DNA from: a virus
IMG/VR virus record: IMGVR_UViG_3300027969_000060
Location: 1 to 64,000 of that record
Direction: 5' to 3' (one strand)
Length of the DNA stretch: 64,000 nt
In this document: in pieces, positions 9,759 to 19,386 of the stretch
Numbering within the stretch: position 1 is the first letter of the stretch
Layout: every line of letters starts with the position of its first letter
The notes under the pieces: generated by a model
Seen by the model: only the letters and a program-made list of their open reading frames with translations
Told to the model about the DNA's origin: nothing
Databases searched by the model: none
Translations under genes and position numbers: made by a program

Positions 9759-10397
9759 TTAACCGATCTGGCCGCCGCCGCCGGTAATGTTTGTGCTACG
9801 TGTTTGTTTGAAGTTAGGTGTACCAACTCCAGCAGTAGCGCCAATTTGTACACAGTTGTCTGGCTGAATTGTTAAAGTAATTTCTGCTTGTGTCTGTACA
9901 GTATAGTCTAATGCTTCGTAGTTTGACACTTGTATGTAGCAACCGTAACATTCCCAAGTTTCTAAAACTTGTGGAGTTGTTGCGCCGTTGCCGCCGTCTA
10001 ACATTTCAACACGCATAGTAAACTTATAGTCACCGCCTGACGCCGCTGAACTTTGTTCAAAGAAATCAAACTGCTTTTGTAGCTGTTCACCAACTAGTTT
10101 GCTTACAGCACCAGTTACATCATCACGTAATTTGATAGCCATAGATGACCATACTGGTTTGCCGGCAAAGTTAACAGTTGAGTTATAAACACCAATAGTT
10201 TGGTTAGCAAACGTGACAGTTGGTCGAACTGCTGTAGCAACTTGTTTGGTTAGTTCTGTAGTACCTGATGAAACGCCAAAGTTTTCAAACATAATTCTAA
10301 AGCGATATTTTAGCTTTGGCATCAACATACCTTGTGAGGCTGCTGATTGTCCTGAAGCTAACGGTACTGTAAATCTCGATAATGATGCAATTGACAT
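9759..10397 (-). CDS. gp19: Tail tube protein (T4 gp19-like)
   Basis: Directly follows the sheath. PKLKYRFRI...RPTVTF...FAGKPVW...LRDD...ETWECYGC tube-family pattern. Confidence 0.85.
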   Translation of the reverse strand: MSIASLSRFTVPLASGQSAASQGMLMPKLKYRFRIMFENFGVSSGTTELTKQVATAVRPTVTFANQTIGVYNSTVNFAGKPVWSSMAIKLRDDVTGAVSKLVGEQLQKQFDFFEQSSAASGGDYKFTMRVEMLDGGNGATTPQVLETWECYGCYIQVSNYEALDYTVQTQAEITLTIQPDNCVQIGATAGVGTPNFKQTRSTNITGGGGQIG

Positions 10398-10412
10398 ATT
10401 CTTATGCTCCGT

Positions 10413-13400
10413 TTATTTGCCTAGGCCTTTGATCTCACCAGTATTCTTCAAGCGTAATGGAATGTAAATAAACTCCACTGCTTTTACTGGCTCAATTGCA
10501 ATGTCTAGATATAGTTCACTACGATCGATTCTAGATGGTGTGTTGTTTGATTCGTCACACACTACTAGGTAATCATACAATGCACGTTGTCCTACTAATT
10601 CTAACAATAGGCTTTCTGCGGCTTGTTTAATTTCGTCTCGTGTAATTTTGTCGTTTGGTTCAAATACATATGGTTTTGCCAACTGCGCAAACTGTCTACG
10701 TAAGTAAATTACTAAACGTGCTACGTTAATACGATCTAAACTACTTGCATTCTTAGCGCGAGTGTATTGTCCGTAGTTAACAAGACCTGTTCCTGTAATG
10801 AATGTTAATGGATTAACCTTAACACTTGCTAGCGTATCACGCTGGCCGTTATTCAATGCAACTGATTGGAATTCACCTTCGCTAGTGATATAACCAACTG
10901 CTGTTGCGTTAGTAATACCGCCTCGACGTGTTCCTGCCGGTGCAAACCATGGATAAGAAACGTTATCGCTTAGTGCAATAGTGCGTAGCATCATGTGGCT
11001 TGGAGGAATAACTACGTTGTTACCTAAGTTATCACTTGTGAAACCCCATGGATAGAAACAACCTAAATACTCGTCAAAGCTAACTAAACCACCATCGTTA
11101 TCTTCTAACGCTCCTGCTAAGTTATTACCCCAGTTGCTTAATGTTGTAGCATCTGGTGTTAAACGAGCAGGTGTATCTCCAACTACGAATGCTGTTAGAC
11201 CACGATCGTAGTTCAAGCTGACCATTTCACCAATTAGTTCTGGATATCCTGGGCAAGCAATTAAGTTAAACACACGTGATTCTTCATCACGGATTTGTTG
11301 GTTGCTGTTAACTAATGCTTGTAGTGCTTGTACAACAACTTTACGCTGTGCCTTGCGACCAAATGTACCACTGCCATCTTCTTGATTGCCAGCTTCACTT
11401 ACCCAACGGTGTGGATAGTATTCTGTCATCGGATCGCCACCGGCGCCACCAATTCTATAGTTAGTTTCAGTTGTGTCAATATAATCACGTACAAAACGCT
11501 TAACGTTGAAACCGCTTCTGCGTAGGTTCCATAACAACATACCTTTTGGATATAGTGCAGGATCCGGAGCGTCAAAGTCTAAGAAATTATATGTCAATAG
11601 ATTAGCAATTGAGTCCGATTCAATATCGTTGCCTGCACCTGACCAACGTGCATCAGCAAATAAAATTCCATCTTCTGTTGTTTGATCAGAATTATCAACT
11701 GCCACCCATTTCTTAGTTACATAGTTGAATTTGTAGATCTTTGGGAAATTTTCTAAATCACTAGTGTCGACCCAAATATCACCGTGGGCTAGTTCAGTTT
11801 CGCCGTCTGTACGATCAGCCGCTGTTGGCTTACTAGCACGTACAAATGGACCTGCTGGATCTGTTGCTGGGCCACCTACTGCTGTTTGGTCAAAGTTGGC
11901 ATACCCAACCCATGTTGTACCGTTATGGATCATAATGTCCACTTCGTCAATCATTGAGTTGTACCATAAACGTCCATCGGCTGGAAGTGTTGTTGGCTCA
12001 GTTGGGGTTGCTACTGCAAATCCCACGCCAGCAATAGTTGAAGACCATAATGATACTTGATAAGTTGCATCACCGCTTGGATCATCATATAAATGTGCAG
12101 TAGTGCCTACGGCCATAATCGAGTCTAGTGTGGCTCCGTTATCTGTAATTCTAAAATCACCGCCTAATTTGTGGCTAATTGTTACAATACCCGATGTTGC
12201 ATCGTATTCTGCAAGTATATTAGTTAATCCTGCTAGACCAATTTCTTCAGCTAGTGTTTCACCGTCTGTGCTATCGCCCAGTGCTGTAAATGTAATCGCT
12301 AAACTTGGACCAGATAATTCTGTACTGCCTTTTAAAGATTCGCTAATTGTAAAGTTTATAACGTCGTCTTCGGCAAATCCACCACTTATGAAACTTGTAG
12401 TTTTAAGAGTTGTAGCGCCAACACCGTTGCGATAGAACAACTTAAAGTTAGCCATGATATCGCCGGCACCATTTGTACCTTGTTCTGCATCGTCAAACTT
12501 AACATATAATGAATTCAATGCTAAATTAATGCCGCCGCCGGTTGGGTCTAATTTTGCAAGGGCTGTAGCATTGTCTGCATATAATGGAGCCCTTGAGTCA
12601 ACCCAAGCTGCCGAAGCTGAATTGTAATAACGTACCTTCCAGTTTGCACCTAAGTTAGGAGTTGTTGTCTTAACCCAAACTGAACCAGTTGCATTACCGT
12701 TATTGTACACTTCTGTAGTTCTCTTAAAATTAGGAATATCAGTATGTGGCTTAATATTCAATGCAGGGGCTTTAAATGTTAATGTTGCACCTGATTGTGA
12801 AGCTTGACTAATTAATCCAAGTTGGTAAAGTACGCTAGTTATGCCGGTTCCAGAACCGCTAATAACAATATTATTGCCATTGCCTGTAGAATAAAGTTCT
12901 AATCTACCGTTTACCTTGGCTGCTGTAACACCTAGAATGCTTGCATCATTGATGTTTTTAACAAGGCCGGCACTTACGCCGTCACCTAAAACAGTTGCGG
13001 CGCCAATGTTTACAGTACTACCATTGATTATAATAGAACCGGCATTTAGTGTTGGGTTAGATGCTGTACCACGTACAGTTGCCCAACTCTTAGCCCATAA
13101 GTCTGATCCAACTTCATGCCATTCACCGCTAGTGTTTTTAAAATATAATGTAATGGATGTTGTTGTAGCATCAATAGCATAATCACCGGCTGCGCCGATA
13201 CTAGCCTTAGGAGCACTGCCAGCACCAGATGATAATTTTGATGCGTTTGTAATTACTATTGGATATTGTACAGTAAATGTTTGACCGCCGGATACTGATT
13301 GGCTATCGCTGTTCCACTGGAAAATACCGTAGTTTGTTGCGTCAGTTTCAAACCAGTAAGTATTATTTTCTGGTTCGCCTGCTGGCGGTTCTGCGCTAGC

Positions 13401-13763
13401 ATCTAGCTGGGTAGTGTCAATATCTGCACGTACTACAAAAGCACGATTACTTACACCTAAATAACTATATGCGGCTTGTAATCCGTATTCGTTCTGTTCA
13501 CCAGCATGAATAGGATTGTTATTAGCATCAGTTTTAAATACTGGTGTACCAAAAGTATCTGCTAAATCTTTCTGGCTTGTTAGTAAATAAACCTTGCCAG
13601 CATTTGCTGTTACTGTACCAAGTGCGGTTCCTGTTGCTGAACCATTTTGCTTGCCTTCGGCAGAAGCGACGATAATTAAAGGGGTTGTGCCAGGTGCAGA
13701 CGGTGTATAGAACGATTCGTCTATTACTGTAACTGCTACGCCTGGTGAACTTAATTGAGCCAT
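10413..13763 (-). CDS. gp18: Contractile tail sheath protein (T4 gp18-like) with large internal insertions
   Basis: N-terminal LSSPGVAVTVIDES. C-terminal PWFAPAGTRRG, SSLDRINVARL, YVFEPND, VVCDESNNT and PVKAVEFIYI. Confidence 0.97.
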   Translation of the reverse strand: MAQLSSPGVAVTVIDESFYTPSAPGTTPLIIVASAEGKQNGSATGTALGTVTANAGKVYLLTSQKDLADTFGTPVFKTDANNNPIHAGEQNEYGLQAAYSYLGVSNRAFVVRADIDTTQLDASAEPPAGEPENNTYWFETDATNYGIFQWNSDSQSVSGGQTFTVQYPIVITNASKLSSGAGSAPKASIGAAGDYAIDATTTSITLYFKNTSGEWHEVGSDLWAKSWATVRGTASNPTLNAGSIIINGSTVNIGAATVLGDGVSAGLVKNINDASILGVTAAKVNGRLELYSTGNGNNIVISGSGTGITSVLYQLGLISQASQSGATLTFKAPALNIKPHTDIPNFKRTTEVYNNGNATGSVWVKTTTPNLGANWKVRYYNSASAAWVDSRAPLYADNATALAKLDPTGGGINLALNSLYVKFDDAEQGTNGAGDIMANFKLFYRNGVGATTLKTTSFISGGFAEDDVINFTISESLKGSTELSGPSLAITFTALGDSTDGETLAEEIGLAGLTNILAEYDATSGIVTISHKLGGDFRITDNGATLDSIMAVGTTAHLYDDPSGDATYQVSLWSSTIAGVGFAVATPTEPTTLPADGRLWYNSMIDEVDIMIHNGTTWVGYANFDQTAVGGPATDPAGPFVRASKPTAADRTDGETELAHGDIWVDTSDLENFPKIYKFNYVTKKWVAVDNSDQTTEDGILFADARWSGAGNDIESDSIANLLTYNFLDFDAPDPALYPKGMLLWNLRRSGFNVKRFVRDYIDTTETNYRIGGAGGDPMTEYYPHRWVSEAGNQEDGSGTFGRKAQRKVVVQALQALVNSNQQIRDEESRVFNLIACPGYPELIGEMVSLNYDRGLTAFVVGDTPARLTPDATTLSNWGNNLAGALEDNDGGLVSFDEYLGCFYPWGFTSDNLGNNVVIPPSHMMLRTIALSDNVSYPWFAPAGTRRGGITNATAVGYITSEGEFQSVALNNGQRDTLASVKVNPLTFITGTGLVNYGQYTRAKNASSLDRINVARLVIYLRRQFAQLAKPYVFEPNDKITRDEIKQAAESLLLELVGQRALYDYLVVCDESNNTPSRIDRSELYLDIAIEPVKAVEFIYIPLRLKNTGEIKGLGK

Positions 13764-13796
13764 TTGTTGATCTCCAATGAATACTATTTCTACATG

Positions 13797-13804
13797 TATT
13801 TATA
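13797..13804 (-). promoter_or_regulatory. T4-type late promoter (TATAAATA) for the sheath/tube operon
   Basis: Exact gp55 consensus 33 nt upstream of the sheath ATG, with a GGAG RBS in between. Confidence 0.8.
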
Positions 13805-13877
13805 GGATTTTGACTTTTTGTACTTGTTATACCATTCAAAAAAGGGGTCAAAAAGGTTTAGTTTTTTTAAATACAGT

Positions 13878-14213
13878 ATGAGACCGTTATGTATATGTGG
13901 CCAAAGGCCTTGTGCTGTTAATTATAAAAAAAACAACAAAATCTATTACCGTAGTTTGTGTGAACAATGTTTAGCACACGGAACATATCACGGAATACCA
14001 AGATGGTCTAGGGCTGGTTATAAGATAAAACCAGTCTGTGACAAATGCGGATTTAAATCACCACACCAAGAAGTTTTTAGTGTATTTCACGTGGACGGCA
14101 ATCTTGATAATTGCCGTCCTGCTAATCTAAAAACAGTTTGTTCTAACTGTGCTCGAGTCCTGCATAAGGAAGGTGTTCGCTGGCGACAAGGGGATCTTGT
14201 ACCAGATCTTTAA
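13878..14213 (+). CDS. Zn-binding HNH-like protein
   Basis: Likely start at MRPLCICG (13878), right after TAAATA. CxC/CxxC pairs and VFHVDGNLDNC...NLKTVCSNC (HNH-type core). Confidence 0.75.
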   Translation: MRPLCICGQRPCAVNYKKNNKIYYRSLCEQCLAHGTYHGIPRWSRAGYKIKPVCDKCGFKSPHQEVFSVFHVDGNLDNCRPANLKTVCSNCARVLHKEGVRWRQGDLVPDL

Positions 14214-14823
14214 CTTTAGCAAACAACTCATCTATTGTACTATCGTTAGTTAATACCGCATCAAATTTAGTGCCAACCCAGGCTGTTTCGCTAGCATGAA
14301 TACCTAGGTTTTGCATACGAGTTTTTGCTATCATATAATTCATACAACGATCGCCGGCATTCATATCACACGCATCTTGATACCAAACTGGATCATCACC
14401 ACGTTTTACACAAATAACAATGCCGCCGGCATTTTTAATTGATTTGATTTCGTTAGGAAAACGACAGTCTGAAATGACAATATCGTCCTTGCTATTACGG
14501 AGTTTGTTTTCTACGCTGGCAATCCAGATATCGTCGTGAAATCCATGCCTACAAACTTCAGTTCCCCAGAATTGTAACACCCAACGTGGAGTAAGGTTAG
14601 GCATCATCAAACGTTCTGCCCACCATGGATCAACTTGTTCTCGCCATTCACGGGCCATTTTTGTGCGCCCTTCTAGCATAGTACGGTCCCAACCAAATAC
14701 GTGGGCTACTGCATCTTTTAAACTGTTGGCGAAGCTTTCTCGTCGGAAACCATGGAAGTTAGTTAGATAGTCTGCAATAGTATCTTTACCACTGCCAATA
14801 AATCCGCATACGCCAATAATCAT
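14143..14823 (-). CDS. Deoxynucleoside monophosphate kinase (T4 gp1-like)
   Basis: MIIGVCGFIGSGKDT P-loop, SFANSLKD, TPRWVLQFWGTE, VISDCRFPNE and HASE motifs. Confidence 0.93.
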   Translation of the reverse strand: MIIGVCGFIGSGKDTIADYLTNFHGFRRESFANSLKDAVAHVFGWDRTMLEGRTKMAREWREQVDPWWAERLMMPNLTPRWVLQFWGTEVCRHGFHDDIWIASVENKLRNSKDDIVISDCRFPNEIKSIKNAGGIVICVKRGDDPVWYQDACDMNAGDRCMNYMIAKTRMQNLGIHASETAWVGTKFDAVLTNDSTIDELFAKVKDLVQDPLVASEHLPYAGLEHS

Positions 14824-14846
14824 AAGAATCCCCTGTAAGTTGTGTT

Positions 14847-14875
14847 AGTATATAACACTTTTGCACAGGGGTCAA
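14847..14875 (-). promoter_or_regulatory. Sigma70-type promoter for dNMP kinase
   Basis: - strand TTGACC-N17-TATACT, followed by AGGGGA RBS and ATG. Confidence 0.75.
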
Positions 14876-14883
14876 ATTATTTA

Positions 14884-15654
14884 TTAGCCAATTACAAATG
14901 TTAACGGAGTTCCGCCCGAAACCATATTGTCAATTTCTTTGTCCAGGGCGGTTAGTTCTTCTTTGCCAGCTGATAGCAAAGCCGTACCGTTCATTGTAAT
15001 ACCGCCACCGCCAGGGCCAGCAATACTGGCAAATTTGCTACGTGCTTCACCTAGCATTAGTTTACAAACTGCTAGAGTATAATCGTATAACCACTGCTTT
15101 GCATAGATATCAGTTAGCAATACCCAATCTGGGCGATAATTATGACATCGAATTAAAATTTGTTCACCTTGAGCAAACGGGCGTTGTAAGATAGTTAAAA
15201 TATGGCTTTGCGATTTCCATTTAAATTCGATATAGCTACCAAACATACGCCCTACTAACTTTTGGTATCCAGCAAATAACTCGTAGGTTGCTAGTCCACC
15301 CATCATAGTGCCTGATAGCAAGTAGGTGTTTGTGTACGCCAAGTTGAACGGCTCGAACAATGTTCCGCCTGCACCCAAACCACTACGGCTACCAATTGCA
15401 CGTCTAAAAATGCTTTGTACTTCTACAACTTCATCAGGAAGCCTATACTCGTTTTGATCTTGTATAAGTTCTAAGAACATATAGCTTTCTTCAACAGCAT
15501 TACTGCTACGTTGTCTAAAACGTGTTATAGCACGATTAAGTGCCGTTTCGTAATGTTTAGGATCTAGCTCTACTTCGATCATGCCGTCGCCTAGCATGTC
15601 TTTAACATACTCAAACACTTTGTTACGTTCAATTAATGAGGTGGAATCTGACAT
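14884..15654 (-). CDS. gp13: Neck protein (T4 gp13-like)
   Basis: LGDGMIEVELD, WLYDYTLA-K-MLGEARSKF, PGGG-ITMNG-L and C-terminal FVIG. Confidence 0.88.
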   Translation of the reverse strand: MSDSTSLIERNKVFEYVKDMLGDGMIEVELDPKHYETALNRAITRFRQRSSNAVEESYMFLELIQDQNEYRLPDEVVEVQSIFRRAIGSRSGLGAGGTLFEPFNLAYTNTYLLSGTMMGGLATYELFAGYQKLVGRMFGSYIEFKWKSQSHILTILQRPFAQGEQILIRCHNYRPDWVLLTDIYAKQWLYDYTLAVCKLMLGEARSKFASIAGPGGGGITMNGTALLSAGKEELTALDKEIDNMVSGGTPLTFVIG

Positions 15655-15671
15655 TTTTTACTCTCCATTCA

Positions 15672-15691
15672 TATTTAGCTAACGATAAATA
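15672..15691. promoter_or_regulatory. Back-to-back divergent late promoters for gp13 (-) and gp14 (+)
   Basis: TATTTA at 15672-15677 and TAAATA at 15686-15691, within a 41-nt intergenic gap. Confidence 0.7.
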
Positions 15692-15695
15692 TCAT

Positions 15696-17258
15696 ATGCC
15701 AAGACTCTCACTGTATAAGCCCGAACGAGGGCAGGACTATAAATTTATAGATCGCCAAATTTCTGAAATGTTTCAGGTTGGCGGTACTGATGTATATTTG
15801 CACAAATACCTAGGGCCTAAAAATCCCACTAACGGTACCTTAGATCAACCAATTTATACCACTCAAAACGTGGCAAATATTCAAGATTTGTTGTTCTTAG
15901 AAAACCGTGATAGAAAATATGGTACAGAAATTTATCGTATTCGTGGCCTGTATAATGTTGCAAATATCGACTTTAACCTAAGTCAGTTTGGTTTATTCTT
16001 AGACCAAGACACTGTATTCATGACAGTGCATATTAACGATTTTATCAAATATATTGGTCGTAAACCTATGAGTGGTGACGTAGTTGAATTACCACATTTA
16101 AGAGATCAGTTTGCGCTTGGTGATGCAGATATAAGTCTTCCTAGATACTTTGTAATTGAAGACGTGGGGCGGGCTAGCGAGGGATTCTCAGCTACATGGT
16201 ATCCTCATTTATACAGATTAAAACTTAAGAAACTTACAAACAATCAACAATTTGCTGATATTCTTAACATGCCAGCAGGTGCCGACCTTGATAAATTTGC
16301 TGGGGATTATGATCCTGAAGTTACATATCATGCTGGTGAAATTATTAGATATAATGGAACACTATATACTGTTACAGCAGATACCACAGGCAATGTTCCA
16401 CCAAACACTAGTTTCTTTAGTGAATACAACAATACGTTAGAAAGTATTTTAAGTACTCGCGCAAAAGAATTAGAAATTAATGATAGAATCTTGCAACAAG
16501 CAGAAGTTGATGCTCCCAAGAGCGGATATGAGACTAGACAATTTTATACACTAGCTGTTGGAACAGATGGCAAACCAATTTTAAATACTGCTGATGCTAC
16601 TAATTTTGATGCTAGTAATAGTACTATTACCGCACAAGAAAGTAGTGCTAGGCCGGTTAGAACAGGCTACACTGGATATCTAGTTGGTGATGGGTTCCCG
16701 GTAAACGGTCACGATTTTGGTCATGGAATTCAATTTCCCGAAGGAGCCGTTACTGATGATTTCTTTTTGCGTACTGATTTTTTACCAAACAGATTATTTC
16801 GATTCAATGGTAGTCGTTGGACAAAAATTGAAGATGCTGTGCGCATGTCAATGACTAATGACAGTAATCGTCAAACTTTGAAAACCGGATTTATTAATAA
16901 TACTGAATACATTTATAATGAACCAACTAGTATTATTGATTCAGTTGCCTTAGAGCGTGGTGATATTGTTATAGATACTATTATTGATTATGCAACAGCA
17001 CCGTATATTCGATTAAAATTATCAGTTGTTATTCTAGGGTTCTCAACAGCCGACTATTCAAATATACTGTCATCATATTCATATACCAACCCAGTTACAC
17101 TAGTGGTAAGTGATAAAGTTAGAATCACGTTGCCGATTATAAACGGTGATCAAATTGTAATACCCGAGACTGGAATTTGGAGTGTTGGTTTATACAATAA
17201 TAGAGAAGAAGTAAGACAGAGTCTTAGTAAAGCTCTTCGACCTAAGGCGGATCTATAA
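15696..17258 (+). CDS. gp14: Neck/head-closure protein (T4 gp14-like) with insertions
   Basis: Likely start MPRLSLYKP. QDLLFLENRDRKY, LSQFGLF and RKPMSGDVVELP are gp14-like. Inserted YDPEVTYHAGEIIRYNGTLY is a CBM5/12-like repeat. Confidence 0.75.
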   Translation: MPRLSLYKPERGQDYKFIDRQISEMFQVGGTDVYLHKYLGPKNPTNGTLDQPIYTTQNVANIQDLLFLENRDRKYGTEIYRIRGLYNVANIDFNLSQFGLFLDQDTVFMTVHINDFIKYIGRKPMSGDVVELPHLRDQFALGDADISLPRYFVIEDVGRASEGFSATWYPHLYRLKLKKLTNNQQFADILNMPAGADLDKFAGDYDPEVTYHAGEIIRYNGTLYTVTADTTGNVPPNTSFFSEYNNTLESILSTRAKELEINDRILQQAEVDAPKSGYETRQFYTLAVGTDGKPILNTADATNFDASNSTITAQESSARPVRTGYTGYLVGDGFPVNGHDFGHGIQFPEGAVTDDFFLRTDFLPNRLFRFNGSRWTKIEDAVRMSMTNDSNRQTLKTGFINNTEYIYNEPTSIIDSVALERGDIVIDTIIDYATAPYIRLKLSVVILGFSTADYSNILSSYSYTNPVTLVVSDKVRITLPIINGDQIVIPETGIWSVGLYNNREEVRQSLSKALRPKADL

Positions 17259-18748
17259 TGCAACATTTTTATGATGGTCAAATTAGACGTTACATTACAC
17301 AAACTATTCGTGTACTTAGTAACTTTGTAGTTAAGTACGGTGATGGTAGTTTAGTTCGCGTACCAGTTATGTATGGTGATGCTGATCGTCAAGTAGCTAG
17401 TATTATGCGCAATAATTCAGAAAATTCAGTGAATAGTGCTCCAAGAATTAGTGTTTATATATCTGGATTGGACATTGATCGTACTAGACTAAGTGATTCT
17501 TCCTATGTAGGGAAAATGCATTTTAGAGAACGAGAAATTGATACTTCTACAGATCCAGATAGTTACACAACGCAAGAAGGTAAAAACTATACAGTAGAAC
17601 GGTTAATGCCTACTCCGTTTAAATTAACTATGAAGGTTGATATTTGGTCAACTAGCACTGATCAAAAATTACAAATACTTGAACAAATTCTTGTATTGTT
17701 TAATCCTAGTCTTGAATTACAAACTAGCGACAACTACATAGACTGGACTAGCCTTACTGTTTTAGAATTAGCATCGTTAACCTGGAGTAATAAATCTATT
17801 CCAGTAGGAACAGATACACCAATTGACGTTGCTACAATGACTTTAGAAACACCTATCTGGATTAGTCCGCCGGTTAAAGTTAAGCACCTTGGTGTTATTA
17901 CAAATATTATTGCTAGTATTTACGAACGTGCAGAAGTTGATGATGATATGTATGTAGACGGTTTAGGTAATCCTCTTGGCGGTTCAGAAGTAACATTAGG
18001 TTCAATGTTGTCATCAGATAGAATTACAATTTCAAATTATCACATACAAGTATACAACGGTAAAGCATTATTATTAGGTAAAAATGAAAATGTTGTTCCG
18101 GCAGGACTTACATTAGAAATTCCTGTGCGGCAAGGTCCGCCCTTAAGTTGGGATTTGCTATTTGCAGAATATCCCGGAAAACTCAAAGCTGGATCTAGTA
18201 GAATATTTTTAGTACAGCAAGATGGCACTGAAGTTGTTGGCACAATTGCTGTTAATCAACTTGATCCTACAATACTTGCAATTAACTGGGATCCTGATAC
18301 ATACCCAAAAAATTATGGAATTGATAGTGACGGTAGAATACAATATATTGACTCAGAGTATGATCCTGGGTCAAGCAACAGGCCGGCAAGTCCGGGTACA
18401 TTTGACGCTATCATTGATCCCCAGAAAGTATGGCCGGGGCACGGTATGCAAAATGTAGTAGCTGGGGATAGGTTTTTAATTATAGAAGATATAGGTGCAG
18501 AAGGCAACGAAGACGGCCCGGATGCATGGAAATCAACCGCAGACAACGATTTTATAGCTAAGGCCAACGACATCATCGAGTGGGACGGCAATCAATGGAG
18601 CGTAATATTTGATAGCACTCACAAATCTCAAGTTTTGCTCTATCAAACGAATATATACACTGGAGTACAGTATGCATGGCATGGCGTCATGTGGACCAAG
18701 TCATTCGAAGGTGAATATAGGGCAGGACGATGGAGAATAGAACTTTAA
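17258..18748 (+). CDS. gp15: Tail terminator/sheath stabiliser (T4 gp15-like) with C-terminal extension
   Basis: HFYDGQIRRY, VRVPVMYG, APRIS, MPTPF and LQILEQILVLFNP. Start overlaps the gp14 stop (TAATG). Confidence 0.88.
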   Translation: MQHFYDGQIRRYITQTIRVLSNFVVKYGDGSLVRVPVMYGDADRQVASIMRNNSENSVNSAPRISVYISGLDIDRTRLSDSSYVGKMHFREREIDTSTDPDSYTTQEGKNYTVERLMPTPFKLTMKVDIWSTSTDQKLQILEQILVLFNPSLELQTSDNYIDWTSLTVLELASLTWSNKSIPVGTDTPIDVATMTLETPIWISPPVKVKHLGVITNIIASIYERAEVDDDMYVDGLGNPLGGSEVTLGSMLSSDRITISNYHIQVYNGKALLLGKNENVVPAGLTLEIPVRQGPPLSWDLLFAEYPGKLKAGSSRIFLVQQDGTEVVGTIAVNQLDPTILAINWDPDTYPKNYGIDSDGRIQYIDSEYDPGSSNRPASPGTFDAIIDPQKVWPGHGMQNVVAGDRFLIIEDIGAEGNEDGPDAWKSTADNDFIAKANDIIEWDGNQWSVIFDSTHKSQVLLYQTNIYTGVQYAWHGVMWTKSFEGEYRAGRWRIEL

Positions 18749-19386
18749 CAGATATAAGTCATATTGCACAAGTTGTAGATGACTTTTTACCAGAAGCGTT
18801 CCAAAACGAGATTCAAAAAACTATTGAGCTAATGCCGTGGTTTTGGACCGAGGCAATTTCGTTATTTCCAGAAGATAGATACAAAGATGCAGGATTGCCG
18901 TTTGAAGACCCTAGGGTGTCAGACGCATTTGCCTTTGCGCATGTTTGTTTTTCAGACGGTCGTGTCCAGTCACAATATTACGAGTTCTTTAGAACAATAC
19001 TTAGATTTTTAGAATTAAAATTAGGTATTGAAGTGGTTGAGGTTATTAGAATTCGTCTTCGTCTTACTCCACAATTTCCTGGGCATAAAGAAGGCATGTT
19101 TAATGCTCCCCACGTTGACATTGGATCAACTCAAAAATTTAGAACCCTAGTGTACTATGTTAACAATAGCGATGGTGATACTGTTATCTTTAATAAAAAA
19201 TACGAACATGATGGAAACCCAGTTGTATTAAATAAAAATCAACCAGACCTCCTGCCTATTTTTACTAACACTCCTAAAAAAGGATCAGGTCTATATTTTG
19301 ATGGACAATATTATCATGCTGGTAATTCTCCATTAACTGTTAGAAGCAGATGTATTATTAATTTTGATTTTAGGATAAAAGAATAA
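18730..19386 (+). CDS. 2OG-Fe(II) oxygenase
   Basis: PHVD (HxD), LVYYVNNSDGDT, FDGQYYHAG (His) and SRCIINF (2OG-binding Arg); a family common in large myophages. Confidence 0.85.
   Translation: MENRTLTDISHIAQVVDDFLPEAFQNEIQKTIELMPWFWTEAISLFPEDRYKDAGLPFEDPRVSDAFAFAHVCFSDGRVQSQYYEFFRTILRFLELKLGIEVVEVIRIRLRLTPQFPGHKEGMFNAPHVDIGSTQKFRTLVYYVNNSDGDTVIFNKKYEHDGNPVVLNKNQPDLLPIFTNTPKKGSGLYFDGQYYHAGNSPLTVRSRCIINFDFRIKE

Noticed and set aside
3539-13763. Intein or intron in terL or the sheath
   Set aside because: TerL is normal length (530 aa). The sheath insertion has no intein splice or LAGLIDADG motifs and its frame is uninterrupted.
13810-13835. Sigma70 promoter TTGACT...TACCAT upstream of the HNH-like gene
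   Set aside because: The spacer is only 14 nt; the TAAATA motif next to the ATG explains expression better.
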